NCBI GenBank assembly: GCA_001643675.2
Contig: LSRY02000003.1
Span: 2,232,001-2,296,000, forward strand
Length of the DNA: 64,000 nucleotides
Direction: 5' to 3'
Source: Monocercomonoides exilis PA203
Taxonomy: Eukaryota; Protista; Preaxostyla
In this document: piece by piece, positions 1-16,242 of the stretch
Layout: each line of letters opens with the position of its first letter
Position numbering within the stretch: position 1 is the first letter of the stretch
Made by a program: the position numbers and the translations under genes
The notes under the pieces: generated by a model
Databases searched by the model: none
Told to the model about the DNA's origin: nothing
What the model saw: only the letters and a program-made list of their open reading frames with translations

Positions 1-447
1 GGTGTTCTTATCTTAATTTGATCCATAAAATATCGAAATTCTGTTGGTAAAAATGAAACAGTCACAGTTACCCCAAGCTCAGGAGGCAAATACTCCTTTT
101 TTCCAAATGTAAATTGAAGGGTTCATCAAATATCGCGAAACAAAGAGTTAGATTCGAAAATAAAGAAAAATGCAAATATTTGATAAAATAGTTAAAACCT
201 TTTTTGTATATTTTATTGAAAAAAATCTCGTTTCTGGTTGCAAAATATCAAAGCGAATATTGCTTTGACTTTTGTTTGATACAACAAATTTTAAGGTCAT
301 AGCCTCATTCAAGCGATCAATTTTGAAATGAAGAGTTTTCGGCTGAACGAGAAGTGCATCGCTTTCAGATTGCCGTGAGTAATCATAAAGATCTAATGGA
401 TTGAGAACGTTTGAGTGAATTGCAGAGTAAGAATTTATTTGGGCCAT
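1..447 (-). CDS. CFAP221: CFAP221/PCDP1-like ciliary central-pair protein, 5' end (exons 447-199 and 95-<1; runs off the window)
   Basis: ATG at 447 (MAQINSY). A GT..AG intron at 198-96 joins '...QPKTLHF...VSNKSQSNIRFDILQPETRFFSIKYTKK' to 'EYLPPELGVTVTVSFLPTEFRYFMDQIKIR'. This matches the ASH/Ig-like N-terminal pattern of CFAP221 (P..LHF...N.S...I.PP.T..F.I.Y.KK..L.PGL...V.V.F.P.E.RY..D.I.I). Confidence 0.7.
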
Positions 448-939
448 GAAATACTCTTTAAAAATCACCAAACGGAATAAAACCATTATATCATTTTAAA
501 TAAATTTTTTATTTATTTAAAAAAAAAGAAAAATTTAACCCATCTTTAAACTATCTGTTATAATAACACATAAATGTGATAAAATAATTCTCGAAACATT
601 TACAAAAAAACTTATTATTCATAGAAAAAGTTTCCTCAAAAAATTTGTAACATCAATAAAAATATCTCGCACTCAATCTCAAACAATAACCAGACATAAA
701 AAATTACATAATTTCAAGTTCGAAGAAAAGAAACTTGAAATTTTCACAAAACACTTTTATTCACGAAAAAGGGTTAACATTGTCTGGTCATTCTGAGAGA
801 ATGTTTTCATTCTGTAAAAGTATTCCAATAAAAGTTGAAAAAAATAAATGATAATAAATTCATCTAAAAAACATCAATAACACAATAAAACTAAAACAAA
901 TTTGCTAAACATAATCAAAATGTCAAAAAAAACTCGAAT

Positions 940-1530
940 TTATTGCTCCTTTGCTTCGCAGATTTTTTGGAAATTATCAAATTCTTTGCTAACATCAAAA
1001 TAACATGAAAACTTAATGCTTTCTAGGAAAAGAAGTTCTGAACTATTGATGTCTGAAAGTGGAACACCAACAACAGTGCTCCACCATTTATTTGTAAGAG
1101 GTTGATCTCTCTCAAGTTTTAGTGAAACCAAGAGAGACATTGCAACAAGAGTACCAACGGTTTTGAATGTCACAATTCCCGGCGCTAAATTATCAGAATC
1201 AAGCAAATTATGTAGAAGAGATACTGCGCAACACAATTCCAATGAATCAAAGTTTGCATATTCTCTGACAAACATTAAAAAGTGACAAATTTGAAGAGAC
1301 AAGCTTTGAGATGTATCTGAAATAGAATCATTGGAATATAAACGAAGTGTTGCAACAGAATAATCCACTTCACCATCAGGCAATAATCTTTTGTATAATG
1401 CTGCTGCAAATATCTTTCCGAGATGTTGTGAGACTTTTTTGACAAATTCATCTTGAACTAGATGTTTTCTCCGAATCTTTTTTGAAAAAGGAGGAACAAC
1501 AACAGCATGCGCCAAGGAGTTGGACTCCAT
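940..1530 (-). CDS. Cyclin, PHO80/cyclin-U/Y-like cyclin-box protein
   Basis: Intronless ORF, likely ATG at 1530 (MESNSLAH). Cyclin-box C-terminal motif 'LVAMSLLVSLKLERDQPLTNKWWSTVVGVPLSDINSSELLFLESIKF'. Confidence 0.75.
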   Translation of the reverse strand: MESNSLAHAVVVPPFSKKIRRKHLVQDEFVKKVSQHLGKIFAAALYKRLLPDGEVDYSVATLRLYSNDSISDTSQSLSLQICHFLMFVREYANFDSLELCCAVSLLHNLLDSDNLAPGIVTFKTVGTLVAMSLLVSLKLERDQPLTNKWWSTVVGVPLSDINSSELLFLESIKFSCYFDVSKEFDNFQKICEAKEQ

Positions 1531-1795
1531 AATCTCGCAACAAAATAATTGAAATTCGAGACAGCTTTTTTTTTTATTGATTTCTTCCCATAATATTCCT
1601 TTCAATTATAAATAAATAAAAACAGTCAATTGTTTTGTTCGTGTTCTCATAACAAAAAATAATTAATTGTTGCAATGACTAGAAATAGGAAATAAGTGTG
1701 GAAGAAAAGTCAAATAAAGAAGCCAAATTGGTGCTGATGAAGTGAATTATACAAAAACAATTAAAATGAAAAATTATTAATTTAGAACAGTTTCA

Positions 1796-4467
<2,672 letters not shown>

Positions 4468-5149
4468 GACGTTGATGCTTCGGCTATTTCAGAAGTTCAC
4501 TTTTTCTTTCAAATGAAACAACCCTTACTTATTATTTTTCATGATCAATGAGTTAGCAGTTATCAATATGAGTTCGAAATTCTTCAACATAAAACCAACA
4601 GTTATAAAAAAATTAAAAAATAATATTCAGTGAAAATGTCGAGAGCATGTTTGCATTTACGACGTAAAATAAAAATCAATTCAATTCAAAAACAAAAAAT
4701 TAGTAAACTTTTCAAAAAAAAAAAGTTTATCAACACTTAATTAAAGAAACGGCCTGCAATTCATAATAATCCTCAAAAATAACATCCCATTGAAAAATAC
4801 AATACAAAAAATAGTTTCAAATTGATCTACTACAAAACGAATAAAAAAATATTGCTTAAAAAATACGTTGTGAATTAATTTGATAAAAGCTTAACATTTT
4901 TTGATCTTCAACTTTCTTATCTCAAAGAATATATTCGAAAATCAAATCAAATAAATAAATAAATAAATAATGGTAGAAAGATAGAAAAAGAGAAAAGAAA
5001 AGAAGAAAAGAAGAAAGAAAGAAAGAATAAAAGAAAGAAAGAAAGAAAAAGAAAATGTTGAAATAAACAAAGAAATTAATTAATTAATTAATTAATTAAT
5101 AATTTCTTTCTTTTATTTTTTTTCTCTTGTTCCAATCTAAGCATCATTC

Positions 5150-6879
5150 TCAAATAGATGGATAGTTTGAAAAAGGAGTGATGTGACTAGAAATATTGCA
5201 AGGAGGAGGAAAAGAAAGAATTTGAGAAGAAGAAGAAGAAGAAGAAGAAGAAGAAGAAGAAGAAGAAGAAGAAGAAGAAGAAGGAGAAAGAGAAGAAGAA
5301 GAAGAAGAATTTTGAGGAGGGCGTTTGAATGGAGGTAAAGAAAGAACTGAAGGAGAGGAGGAAGAAGGAGAAGAGGAAGAGGAAGAGGAGGAGGAGGAGG
5401 GAGAGGGAGAAGAAGAAGGTGAATATATTGGAGGAGGAAGAGAAAGTTTCTGAGAAGAAAGAGAAGAAGAGGAGGAGGAAGAATATGAAGAACGAGAGGA
5501 AGGTGAAGCAGAAGAAGAAGAAATAAAGCTATTTGTTGGAATTGGCGATGGAAAAGAGAAAGAAGATGATGATGTATATTGTGAAGAAGGAGAAGGAGAA
5601 GATGATGATGAAGGAGATGAAGAATAAGAATAAGAAGGAGAAGAAGGAGGAGGAGGAGAAGAAGAAGAAAAAGAAGAAGTTATTGGTTGAGTATTCGAAT
5701 GTGATGGAGAAGGAGAAGAAGAACCAGAAACTGGAGGAAGAGAGGGATACGACAGAGATGAAGGAGAAGTGGCATAAGAAGAAGAAGAAGAAGAAGAAGA
5801 GACAGAAGTGATTGGAGCAGGAAGTTTTGCAGAAAAAGAGGAAGAAGAAGAATAGGAAGAAGAAGGTTTAGAAGAAGAAGAAGAAGATGATGATGATGAT
5901 GATGATGAATAAACATAAGGAGGAGGAAGTTCATTTTCTCTGCTTCTATTGCTGCTGCTATAACTGCTGTTACTATAAGGAGAAGGAGAAGAGGAAGGAG
6001 ATGAGGAAGGCGATGGAGTAGATGGATGAATGAGCAGAGGAGCTCCCTGCAGTGCAGACTTCGCACTGGCCTGTGCACCCGAAAGAGGAGAGGAAGTAGA
6101 AGCAGAAGAAGAAGAGACAGAAGAGAGAGAAGCAGCAGAAGGTGTTGGGATGAATGTTTGCATCCGCCGGGCTGATTGTGAGGTGGGGAATTCCATGTCT
6201 TCTTCTCTTACTCCTTCTAAATAAAAATTTACAATTTTTTTCCCATAAACAAAGAGAGCGTAAAGCAGACTATGTGATGCAAAAAATCCACCAATAGATG
6301 CAGGGCGGTTTAGCCAAGACGGAATACCCTTTTTATATAAAAATAATTTTTATTTGAGCATTGAAAGTTCAAGCATCAAAATTTTATAAAATAATATATA
6401 TTCACACATTCCCTGTGAGACGTTTGCATAAATCGTCAGCGAAATGATTGCAATTTCGAGTTAGCAAATGATACGATTTTGCTGGATATTCGATTTTTAT
6501 GAATTTCAGTATTCTCTCGATTTCGTCATCGCTTTTGTTGCAAATACCAATAAAACGCTGTTCCTTAAATTTGCATGTTCCAAGTTCTTCTCTTGGATCT
6601 TGTTCCCAAACGCCAGTGCCTGATTCTCCACCTCCAAATCCATATTCTTAAAGAAAATAATAAAATGAACAAATAAATGATTATCTATAAACCTTTCGTT
6701 TTAATTTGTACTCCACTGTGATATATTCCCTGAAAAATAAATGTATATTTTTAAATTTTATTCAATTCGTTAAAAACAGTTCAATATGAAATCATTCAAA
6801 ATACCAATAAAGAATTGTTCCAATTTTTCCCCTTTAACAAAATATCATATATATTAATATATATGGGTGTGGAGAACAT
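5150..6879 (-). CDS. PPPDE/DeSI-family desumoylating/deubiquitinating isopeptidase with long Ser/Pro-rich tail (4 exons)
   Basis: Spliced translation from ATG 6879: MFSTPIYINIYDI..|GIYHSGVQI..EYGFGG..GVWEQDP..YHLLTRNCNHFADDLCKRLTGN|GIPSWLNRPA. The catalytic His (YHSG) and Cys (NCNHF) are present. The last exon runs into the Ser-rich ORF 5150-6196. Confidence 0.88.
5225..5310 (+). repeat. (GAA)n tract encoding poly-Ser on the minus strand in the DeSI tail
   Basis: Direct inspection. Confidence 0.9.
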
Positions 6880-6991
6880 TGCACAGATTGTGTTGAAATT
6901 ATCTCAAATAAAAATCAGCAAAACAATAATTGATCTGACCCTTTTCTGAACATCTTCATCATTTTTTTTATAACTTGAAGTTATTTCATTT

Positions 6992-9900
6992 ATGATTGAA
7001 GATCAGGAGGTTTAAACTCTTTTTTTCAATATAAAATTACAATTACTGTATGATACATATTTCTTAGTCATCACAACAACCTCAAAACACAGAAAATGTA
7101 AATACAAAAGCTTTTTACGACCATACAAAAATTATTGTCAGAAACCTTCCATTCGATGTTTGTTGCGCTGTAAATTGTTATTATCTAATTTCTTATGAAT
7201 AAATCTGAAATTAATATTCTGAAATTTTGTAGATATCTTCAGAAAATTTATCTGAACCATTTCAAAAATTTGGAAAAATTCTTGAGGTCATAATTCCACA
7301 AAATAAAACAGGTATTAAAATGTCTATTTGTGCACTTTGTGAAGTAATTTATTTTCCACTTTTCAGAGAAGAGAGGTCGTGGATTTGCCTTTATCCGATT
7401 TTCTGAAAGAAAAGAAGCTGTGAATGTATGATTAAATACATATAACTTTTTTTTTCGAATTTTAATAATGTTTACCCTATTATTAGGCAAACAATGAAAT
7501 GAATGGTGAATTTGTTTCTTCACGTCGTATTGCAACAGATATGTGTGAACCTCTAACCGAAGAAGAAAAAGCATCTCTTCCAAAAGTTACACCAAAACAT
7601 ATCGTAGATCGTGTTGGTCGCAAACGTAGAATGGTAGATGGTTCTGATGATGGTGAAGGATCAACTCGTAAAAGAAAAGATAAATATAACTCAAAGAAAA
7701 GGGGGAAAAAATACACGAAAGAGAAAAAAGAACAAACAGAAGAAGACGATGATGATGGGCGAACATTATTTATCAGAAATCTTGCATTTGAAGCAACTGA
7801 AGAACAATTGAAGAAAATGTGTGATGATATTATTTTGAAGAATACAAAATAATATTAATATCTAATTTAAAATTTCAATTTTTTATTAAAAAAAATGTTC
7901 ATAATAATTCAGTTTTTCTCCCTTTGGCCCAGTTGAAAAATGTCTTCTTGTCAAAAACAAGATTACCGAAAAGCCAACAGGAACAGCCTTTGTTCGGTTT
8001 CTGTCAGCGATCGATGCTTCGAAGTGTCTCAACACATATTTCCAACAGCAGGCAGCCAGTGGAGCAAACGCATTAAATGAAGAGAAAGTGCAAGTGACTC
8101 AAACTTCTTCTTCTTCTTCTTCTCAGTTTGTGTTGGACAAAAGGCCGTTGTGGATATGTGCAGCTGTGTCGAGGGAGAAGCTGGCAGAGATTCAGGCAGA
8201 GAGGAAAGAGAGAGAGAAAATTGGGGAAAAAAACAAGGACTCGAGAAATGTGTATCTGCTGAATGAAGGAGGTGTGTGTTCGAAAGAATGCGTTGATATT
8301 TCTTTTTATTTCTTTTTATTTCTTTTTATTTATTCGCAAAAATTGCATTCATAATGTGACATAGTAATTGTCCCTGGAACGCCTGCAGCTGAGGGAATGA
8401 CTGATTATGATTGGAATCTGAGGAGGAGTTTGCCTTCAATAACAATTCGAATTAAGGAATATATTTTTTCAAAATTGATTTTTTTTAATCTTTCTCATGT
8501 TTTTTGTCAATATTCTTTTTGGTTTTCCTTTGAAATTCGTTTGCTTTCCATTGAAAATTAACATTATTTTTATCGCCTAATGTTATCAACATTCGACAGG
8601 ATTGTCGGAGTCGAACCGGAAGAAGCTGCTCAATCCATCCACTTATGTCTCCTCCACGCGCCTCTCCATCCACAACCTGCCATTCTACATGTGTGGAACA
8701 GTCAATCCTTCTTCTCTCTCTTCCTCTTCCTCTTCTTCCTCCTCTTCCAAAAAGAACACAAACAAATCTTCTTCTCTTGTTTCGTCGCCGACGCTGCTGA
8801 AGAGGCTGGTTGTGAATGCAGTTTTGTGGGGGAGGCAGAGCAGATGGGAGAAAGAGAAGCAGAGGTGGGAGAGGATCTATGGGAAAGCACTGAAACAGAA
8901 GGAAAAAGAAGAGAGAATGAAAATGAAAAGGGAAATGAAGATGAAGAAAGAGAATGAAGGGAATGATGATGAAGAAAATAAAACTTCTTCATCATCATCA
9001 TCATCTTCTTCTTCTTCTTCTTCATCATCTTCTTCTTCTTCTACTTCTTCTTCTACTTCTTCTTCTTCTTCTTCTTCTTCTCTAACTTCAGCATTGTCTG
9101 TGATTCCACCTTGTCCTCCTCCGCCTTCGACGAAAGTGAACATCAAGCAAGTTGTGATTGTGAGAGAGAAAGAAGATGCTTCAGCACAAAAAGGGAAATA
9201 TGAGAGCAGCAAACGGAAGAGGCAGTCGAGGCTGGGAAAGCCGAAGGGATATGGTGTGAATTGCATGTGTTATTCGGAAGTGTCAATGAAAATGTCTTGT
9301 TTTTTGAAATATTATTTTTATTTTCCTTTTCCTTCTTTCTCTTTCTTTCACAGCCTTTGTGGAGTTCCTCACCCATGACGATGCGCTGCTGTGTCTGCGT
9401 GTTCTGAACAACAATGCGGAAGCGTTGAGTGTTCTTGTTTCGAAAGAGGAGTGGGAGAAAGAGAGGAAGCGATACAGAGACAAGACAGAGGAGGTGGTGA
9501 AGAGGGAGAAGGAGATGTATTTGAGAGAGGAGAAGGAGAAGAGGAGGAAGGAGGAGGAAGAGAAGAAGAGGGAGATGATGATGAGCAGGCAAGATGAAAA
9601 TGATGACAGTGAAGAGGAAGAAGAGGAGGAGGAGGAAGAAGAAGAAGAAGAAGAAGAAGAAGATAGTGAAATGAGCAGCGACGATGAAAAAGTCACCAAG
9701 CGCAAAATATCGAAGAAGAAGATGGGAAAAGATGAATATGAAGACGAAGAAGAAGATGAGGAGGAGGAGGAGGATGAAGATGAAGATGAAGAGGATGAGG
9801 ATGATGATGAGGATGACGACGACGACGACGACGACGAAGAGGATGAAGATGAAGAAGAAGACGAGGAAGAAGAGGATGAGAAGTTTTTGCGGCAAGAATT

Positions 9901-10569
9901 GGAGAAGCTGAGAGAAGAATCGATTCGTGAGAAAGAAGAAATGAAGAACAGAAGGGGAATGAAGAAAGGGGGAGGGAAAGAGAATGAGGAAGGGAATGCG
10001 CAAAAAGGAGAGGAGGAGGAAGAAGAAAGCAGAGTGGATGAGATGATAAGGAAGAAAGTGGGGTCTCTGTTTCCAGAAGTTCCTTGCTATCCTCCGCCTG
10101 CTGTTCGGCTGGCTGTGCAGTTTGCGATAGAAGACAAGACAGCAGTGGCGAAGCACGAGAGAGTGAAGAAGTGGGGAGGGAATGCACAAGCACGGTGTGT
10201 GAGAAGAGAGGACGAGGAAAAGAGGAGGAGATGGATGGAGGAGATAATGTTATTTGGAGGGTTATATTGGTTTTTGATTTTTTTTTTTTTTTTTCAAATG
10301 ATTTTTTTGAACTTTAAATTTATTTTTATTTTTCAATGAATGTTTTGTCTTGTATTTCTTATCATTTTATTTTTTTTTTTATCTATCGCTGCTGATTCAT
10401 CAACAGCCATTCGTCGAAGGTGATGTCGAGTGAAATGAGGAAGATGAAGCGACGAGAACAGAAAAGAGCAGCGAGAAAGTGGAAGCGGCAGCATCCGGGT
10501 GAGACAGGCACGAAAGGAGGGAAAGGCAAAAAGGGAGGGAAAGGAGCAAAAGGAAGGAAGAGGAAGTGA
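6992..10569 (+). CDS. NOP4: RBM28/Nop4-like nucleolar multi-RRM ribosome biogenesis protein (multi-exon)
   Basis: RRM motifs IIVRNLPFD, RGRGFAFIRF, RTLFIRNLAF, PTGTAFVRF, 'DSRNVYLLNEG', 'KLLNPSTYVSSTRLSIHNLP', 'KPKGYG|FVEFLTHDDALLCLRVLNNN', 'RLAVQFAIED'. Basic C-terminus ends TGA at 10567-10569. ATG at 6992 is inferred. Confidence 0.88.
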
Positions 10570-12680
10570 TCGATGGATGAGAGTGAAAGAGGAGAAAGGG
10601 AAAGAAAGGAAAGGAAAGGAAAGGAAAGGAAAGGAAAAGGAATTTGGTGTTTGTTCACTTCAAAGGAATGGATGAAGAATGAATGAAGCTTCGTGGTTGA
10701 TTTGCTTTCTGGAAGCACAAATTATCTTTTCAATTCACGTTTTAAACCAAAACAAGCATTTTTCGTTTCTTCATGTTTTTATGCACTTTTTTCATGAAAT
10801 TCCATGCAAAATGATGTTCAATCGATGTTTTCCTTTTCATTTTTATTTTTTTCAAAATTGAAAATCCTGAGTGAATAAATAAAAATATGGAACTAATTAA
10901 CAAAATAATTTGCAAAACTTAACAAGCAAGGCAATTGCACATTATGGAAGCGAGCACATTGAGCAAACATGCTCTTTCAAGCGGAAATCAAAAGGATTTT
11001 AATCACAAGTTGGTGATGGAAGGAGAAATTAAGATGAATATCTGAAGCACATATCCATTGCACACTGATGACGTTTGATCTTTTTATGCACATTCACGAA
11101 TGAGAATAAATGTATTCATATTGTGTTGAACATTTATTTTTGTTTGAACAATGATGGATGGATTGTTATTCATCACATGAAAATCCAAAAATTTGTTTCT
11201 GGTGAAGAAATGAAAACGAGGAGTGAAGCCGACGAGCAGCAGAACGAAGATGCACAAAATGATTTTTCAGAAGAAGAAATCCACTTTCGGCAAGGAGAAG
11301 AAAAGGGAGGAAAGGGTGTATCGAAGAAAGAAAGAAATGCAGATGAGAAAAAGTGGAAATACGAAAATTGAGAGTGCTCATGATATCGCAAAACACCTTA
11401 CGTTCATTCCAATTGAAGCAATGTTGAAGCTGAAAGAAGATTTTATTGAAGAAAAGGAAATGAAAGAGGAAAATGAGGAAAGGAGAAAACAGAAATGAGG
11501 ATTGCCAATTGTTTCCTATTTTTTGTTGGAAAGAGGAAAAGTGGCAAGTCAAATGTTTGAAGGATTTAGTGGTTCCTGCTTGCCAGAAGAATATTAAACA
11601 AAAAACGAGGCAGTCAGATTCACATGTGTTTCAACAATAATCTTTGCATTTGTTTTCATTAACTTCATAATTCAAGACTTTGAATAATCTCATCAATTCA
11701 CATCATCTTCTTCAACATCAACACCTTCTTTCTTATCATTTTCTTCGTCTTCTTCTTCTTCTTTAACATCTTCAATTTCCTCTTCTTCTTCAACATCTTC
11801 ACCTTCACCTTCATCTTCACATTTTTTTTTACACTTTTTACTGGATCAGAGAACCGAACTTCAAACACATTTATTCCATTCAATTCAACAGCTCCGCAAA
11901 ATTGAACGGAAAATTGCTTCATTTCCTTTCCTTCGTCTCTTCAGTCAATCAATAAAGGAGCTTTCTTTGCATTTTTCATTCACAATTCTCGTGATGAAAA
12001 AAAGGCGATTTGGAAAAATTCATTTATTTCATTCAAATCAACTTCTTCAACGCCTTCTTCAACAAGCAACAAAAATAATGTTGAATTTTTTATTTCATTC
12101 AACTCCCGTCAAATTCAGGGCCAAGCCTCATCTTTCGTTTCAATTCAGAAGCACAATCAAATATTCATTCTTTCACAGAATAACAGCTAATGTTATTTTA
12201 CCAAGGAAATTGTACAATGTTTAACCAAGAAAAGCTGATCATCAGGCATTCAACAGAAAACAGAGATTGAATCTGACTTTTTTGATTTTGAAGATCAAGC
12301 ATCTGAAGTGAAAAGGAAATGGTATTGAAGCAATTTATTTATGAAATGGATGTGTTCCTAAATAGCCTTCTGCAGATTACACAGATACGAAACTGGAGCA
12401 AATTGTTGAAAATGAAAAGAAAAGGAAAATCAAGAAGAGCATGCTGATATGCTTGAAGAAATCCTATTTGAAGAGATGAAAGCGATGAATCTTTTTTCTT
12501 GAGCTCAATTCATATTTGATGAAAAGGAGAAAATAGAGGAAGAAATGACGAAGAAATGGTTTTATATGAGCGGAGATTAAAGATAGATTAAAAAAAATAA
12601 ACTTCTGGTGAAAAGAAGATGATAGGTGTAGGATATTTCTCTGATATGAAAAAATGCTCAAAATTAATAAATGGAAGAAA

Positions 12681-13889
12681 TTATAAAGAAATAAGATAAA
12701 GGTTATTGTTATCAATGATTTTTGTATGAACCAAGCTGAAAGTGAGTGTTTGAGTTGGGACAAATGTTGAGGTGAGGAGGGTGAGAGAGGCGTCGTGGAG
12801 GAGGGAAATGAAGCCAGTGAGGGCATACTCGATGGTGGCACATGGGGTCTGTTGGGGTCTGCCACAGGCATCGACATCACTTCCACCATTTGCAACGATT
12901 TTATTCTGGGCAATGAGAGGGAGCCAGCCATTGTACACATCGCTATCAGCTGTTCCTGCATTCCAGACTCTTTGTGTTGGGGTTGTTGAGCCACAATTCT
13001 CAAATGGAGATTGGGTGATACTGCTTCCATTGAAAAACACATCATTTCCTCTGCCATTTGTTGCAGTGTTGCCATCAAAGAAACAGAAAGTGATGAATTT
13101 TATTCCATTCATCCAATCATATGTTCTTGTGCAGCACAACGCAGCACCACCATAGGAAGTTGGATTTTCGACTTTGTTGTTTATGAACTGGCACTCTTGG
13201 AGCAAGCATTGTTTTGGTTTTTGTGGTGGATGCCAATTGAATGTGACTGCACCAGCTGCATCACCGCCAGTATTTGCAATACAGGTACAATTTTTGAACA
13301 AGAATTTTGCATCAGATGGCATGTTATCGAGCACGAAATACCAACCAGTTCCATAATTGCCTGTTATTGAGCAACTTTCAACTTTGTTTTCTGAGAATGT
13401 CCAAACAGAATTAGGTTGATTGCAATACAAATAAGCAGCTCCTGCATGAGCAGCTGAACAGCTTGTGAAATTGGATTTTGCGATATCAACTTTTAACAAA
13501 TAATCACAATATAACGCTCCGCCATATTCATTTGTTGAACAATTGTTGAACGAACAAGAAGTGACTGTGAGATTTGCATTTGCACAATCGATATAAAGTG
13601 CACCTCCACGACTTGATCCACTTATTGAATTATTCCATTCGCACCACTCAAATTTATGGCTGTTCTCATCAAAAGTGGCCAATCTTCCAGGTGATTTTCT
13701 TTCAGTTTCAGTTTCAGTTCCAACATGAACCACAGCAGCATTTGATAAAGATCGTGTTTGGTGGAGGAAAGAGGCATTGAAAGCAGAGAGAGAGGTGGAT
13801 GGACTGTTGAGGGAAGGGAAGAAAGAGAGTTGAGTGGATGATAATTGAGATGTGAATTGAAAATGAATGTTAAAATCGAAAAATAACAA
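12681..13889 (-). CDS. Cys-rich GGA-motif beta-helix (Pmp/pectin-lyase-like) cassette c1, 5'/3'-truncated
   Basis: Repeated GGA(L/A)..C..SxF..C rungs. Constant blocks SLNSPSTSLSAFN..FEWCEW and KFITFCFFDGNTATNGRGNDVFF..CG.PC. The ORF begins at TTG, with no credible ATG or signal peptide. Confidence 0.75.
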   Translation of the reverse strand: MLFFDFNIHFQFTSQLSSTQLSFFPSLNSPSTSLSAFNASFLHQTRSLSNAAVVHVGTETETERKSPGRLATFDENSHKFEWCEWNNSISGSSRGGALYIDCANANLTVTSCSFNNCSTNEYGGALYCDYLLKVDIAKSNFTSCSAAHAGAAYLYCNQPNSVWTFSENKVESCSITGNYGTGWYFVLDNMPSDAKFLFKNCTCIANTGGDAAGAVTFNWHPPQKPKQCLLQECQFINNKVENPTSYGGAALCCTRTYDWMNGIKFITFCFFDGNTATNGRGNDVFFNGSSITQSPFENCGSTTPTQRVWNAGTADSDVYNGWLPLIAQNKIVANGGSDVDACGRPQQTPCATIEYALTGFISLLHDASLTLLTSTFVPTQTLTFSLVHTKIIDNNNLYLISL

Positions 13890-16242
13890 TTATTTATTTA
13901 AAATTCATTAAATTATTCAAGATGAATAATTTTAGCATTTATTTGCATATAGTGTTGAGATTTTCAATTATTTTATCACAAACAATTTTCGATGAAATTT
14001 CTATGATGGCAAATATGAATTTCTTTTTGTTTCTCTTTTTATCAAATCTTTTTAGAATTGATATCCTTTTGATTTCTGCAACAAATTGGAAAATCATTAT
14101 TTTGTTTTTCACACAATCATCAAAATACCTTTTGTATTGCTTTTTGAATTATTTTTTGTTCAATCGAAAATTTTCGGTTTGATTAGAGAATGTACTTCTT
14201 TTGTTTTGTTCTTCAAATGCCTAAATAATAATTATTATTTTGCAACCAGAAAATGAAAAATTGATTTTTAAAAACAATAATCAATTTTTTCATTTTGGTA
14301 GGAATTAAAAGCTTTGTTCTGCAATAACTTGACATTCAAAAGGAATTATTAAAAAATGCCATAAATAAATAAAAAATGTGAAATTCTGAATGTAATTTTT
14401 GGGATTGGAGAACTTCTTTGATTTTGATAATTTCTTCGTTTATTCGTTTCAATTCTGTATTATTTGAATTATTTTTTTGAAAAGCAATGAACAATGGATT
14501 TTCAAAAATGTTTGGGTTTCATTCTTTTGTCGAAACAATCCAGTGATGTTTTGATTGATATGTGAGTCTATTCAAAGATGTTTCCACAAAATCATTCTTT
14601 TCAACTGAATAAAAAAATGAAAAATAATTATTAACATCCCACTTATCATTTCATGAATATTCAACAAATATTTATCATCACCTTTTTTGAATCATCTTTT
14701 TCAATCGAATGTTATCACAGTGTCAAATATTCATTATCACTATTTTTGTTCTTGTGAGAAGCTTTTTGATGAAAAAAAATATTGTGTGTTCTTCTTCAAA
14801 TGATCCATTGTGAAGACCAAAATCTTTTTCATATTCTGAACGAGAAAAGTGATATTCTCCATTATCAAGGTTGTCTGTCCTTGACAACAACAGTTCAATA
14901 TTGGGTGATTATCTTTGAAATCATAACAATAATCAATTTTTCAGTGTTATCATTTAATTGTTTTTCAGACATTGATTCTGGAAATGCGAATGTTTGAAGT
15001 GACAAATATTTCAAACAAAGGTTGAAAAATGAACAAAGAATGGAAATACACTTCAATTTTGTTATTTTTCTTTTTTGAGAAATGAAAATTGAAATTATTA
15101 ATTTTTATAATTTTGAAAAATTGAAAGAGATAATATTAATAACATCAAATCAACTGAAGTTTATCCTCTCAATGGAAAGGACTCATTTTATATGGAACAA
15201 TGGATAATAGAAATAAATACTTTTATTTTTTTATTTTGAATTTCAAACAAATAAAACCAGACACATTTTTGAAATATTTGCTAAGCTTTTCCATTTCCTT
15301 TCTTTTCATGCAATACCAAAAAAACAAAATCATTCATTTCATTTGATTTTCTTTTTTTTGTTTGCTAGTACTTTATGGCTAATTTTTTTTTTGAAAACTT
15401 CCTTTTGTTTAATTATCAAATAAAATAAAAATCATATTTTTTAAATCAAATTTTTGTTCCAACTAATAAAACTTCACCAAAATGGAAACAGAACCTAAGA
15501 AATGTAATTATTTCCTTTTAAGAAAAGAAATGTGAGTGGGAACAGAAATTTGTTGAAAAATTGATTTTTTTTTTTTTTTTTTTTGCAAAATTAAACAAAA
15601 AAAAGTTTTAATGAAAAATTGACAATATCATCTTTTTCTCATTAAAAAATACATCATCCTTGATTGGTCAATGCGAATACAGAATCAAATAACGATAAAT
15701 ATTACAGATAAGGTGTTCTTTTGTATTTCAAAGATTATTTTGCAAAATGAAAAACAGTGGAAATATTCACGCCAAATGTCAATAATGAAATGATTTTTCA
15801 GAATAAAATAATAAAGTCATCCTTTAATTCTCTTTCACTAGTTGTATTCAAATGAAGTTGTTCTTTCACAAATGAATGAAATGAAAAAATGAAATGATTT
15901 ATAAACACCACTTTCTGCTGAGTTCTTTCCAGAAAACGAATATTTAATAACATTGGTATATTTCGATTTCTTGTTGAATTTTGTGTTTTCAGTTTTCTCA
16001 GAAATAAATAACTTTTGAAAACGCGATCTTTTCGTTTTTTTGATGAAAACGTGAAAATGAAACAAAATGAAAATTTAATTATTGATTCAAAAATTCATTT
16101 CTATAATTTTTTTATTTTCATTTTCATTGCAGAAAACACAAGGCAATTTTTTTTCATCAAAAAGAATAATTCAAAGGAAAAATGAAATAGTTTAAGCAAT
16201 TTCATTTTTTTTTTACATAAACATACACAAAAGAATTTTTAA

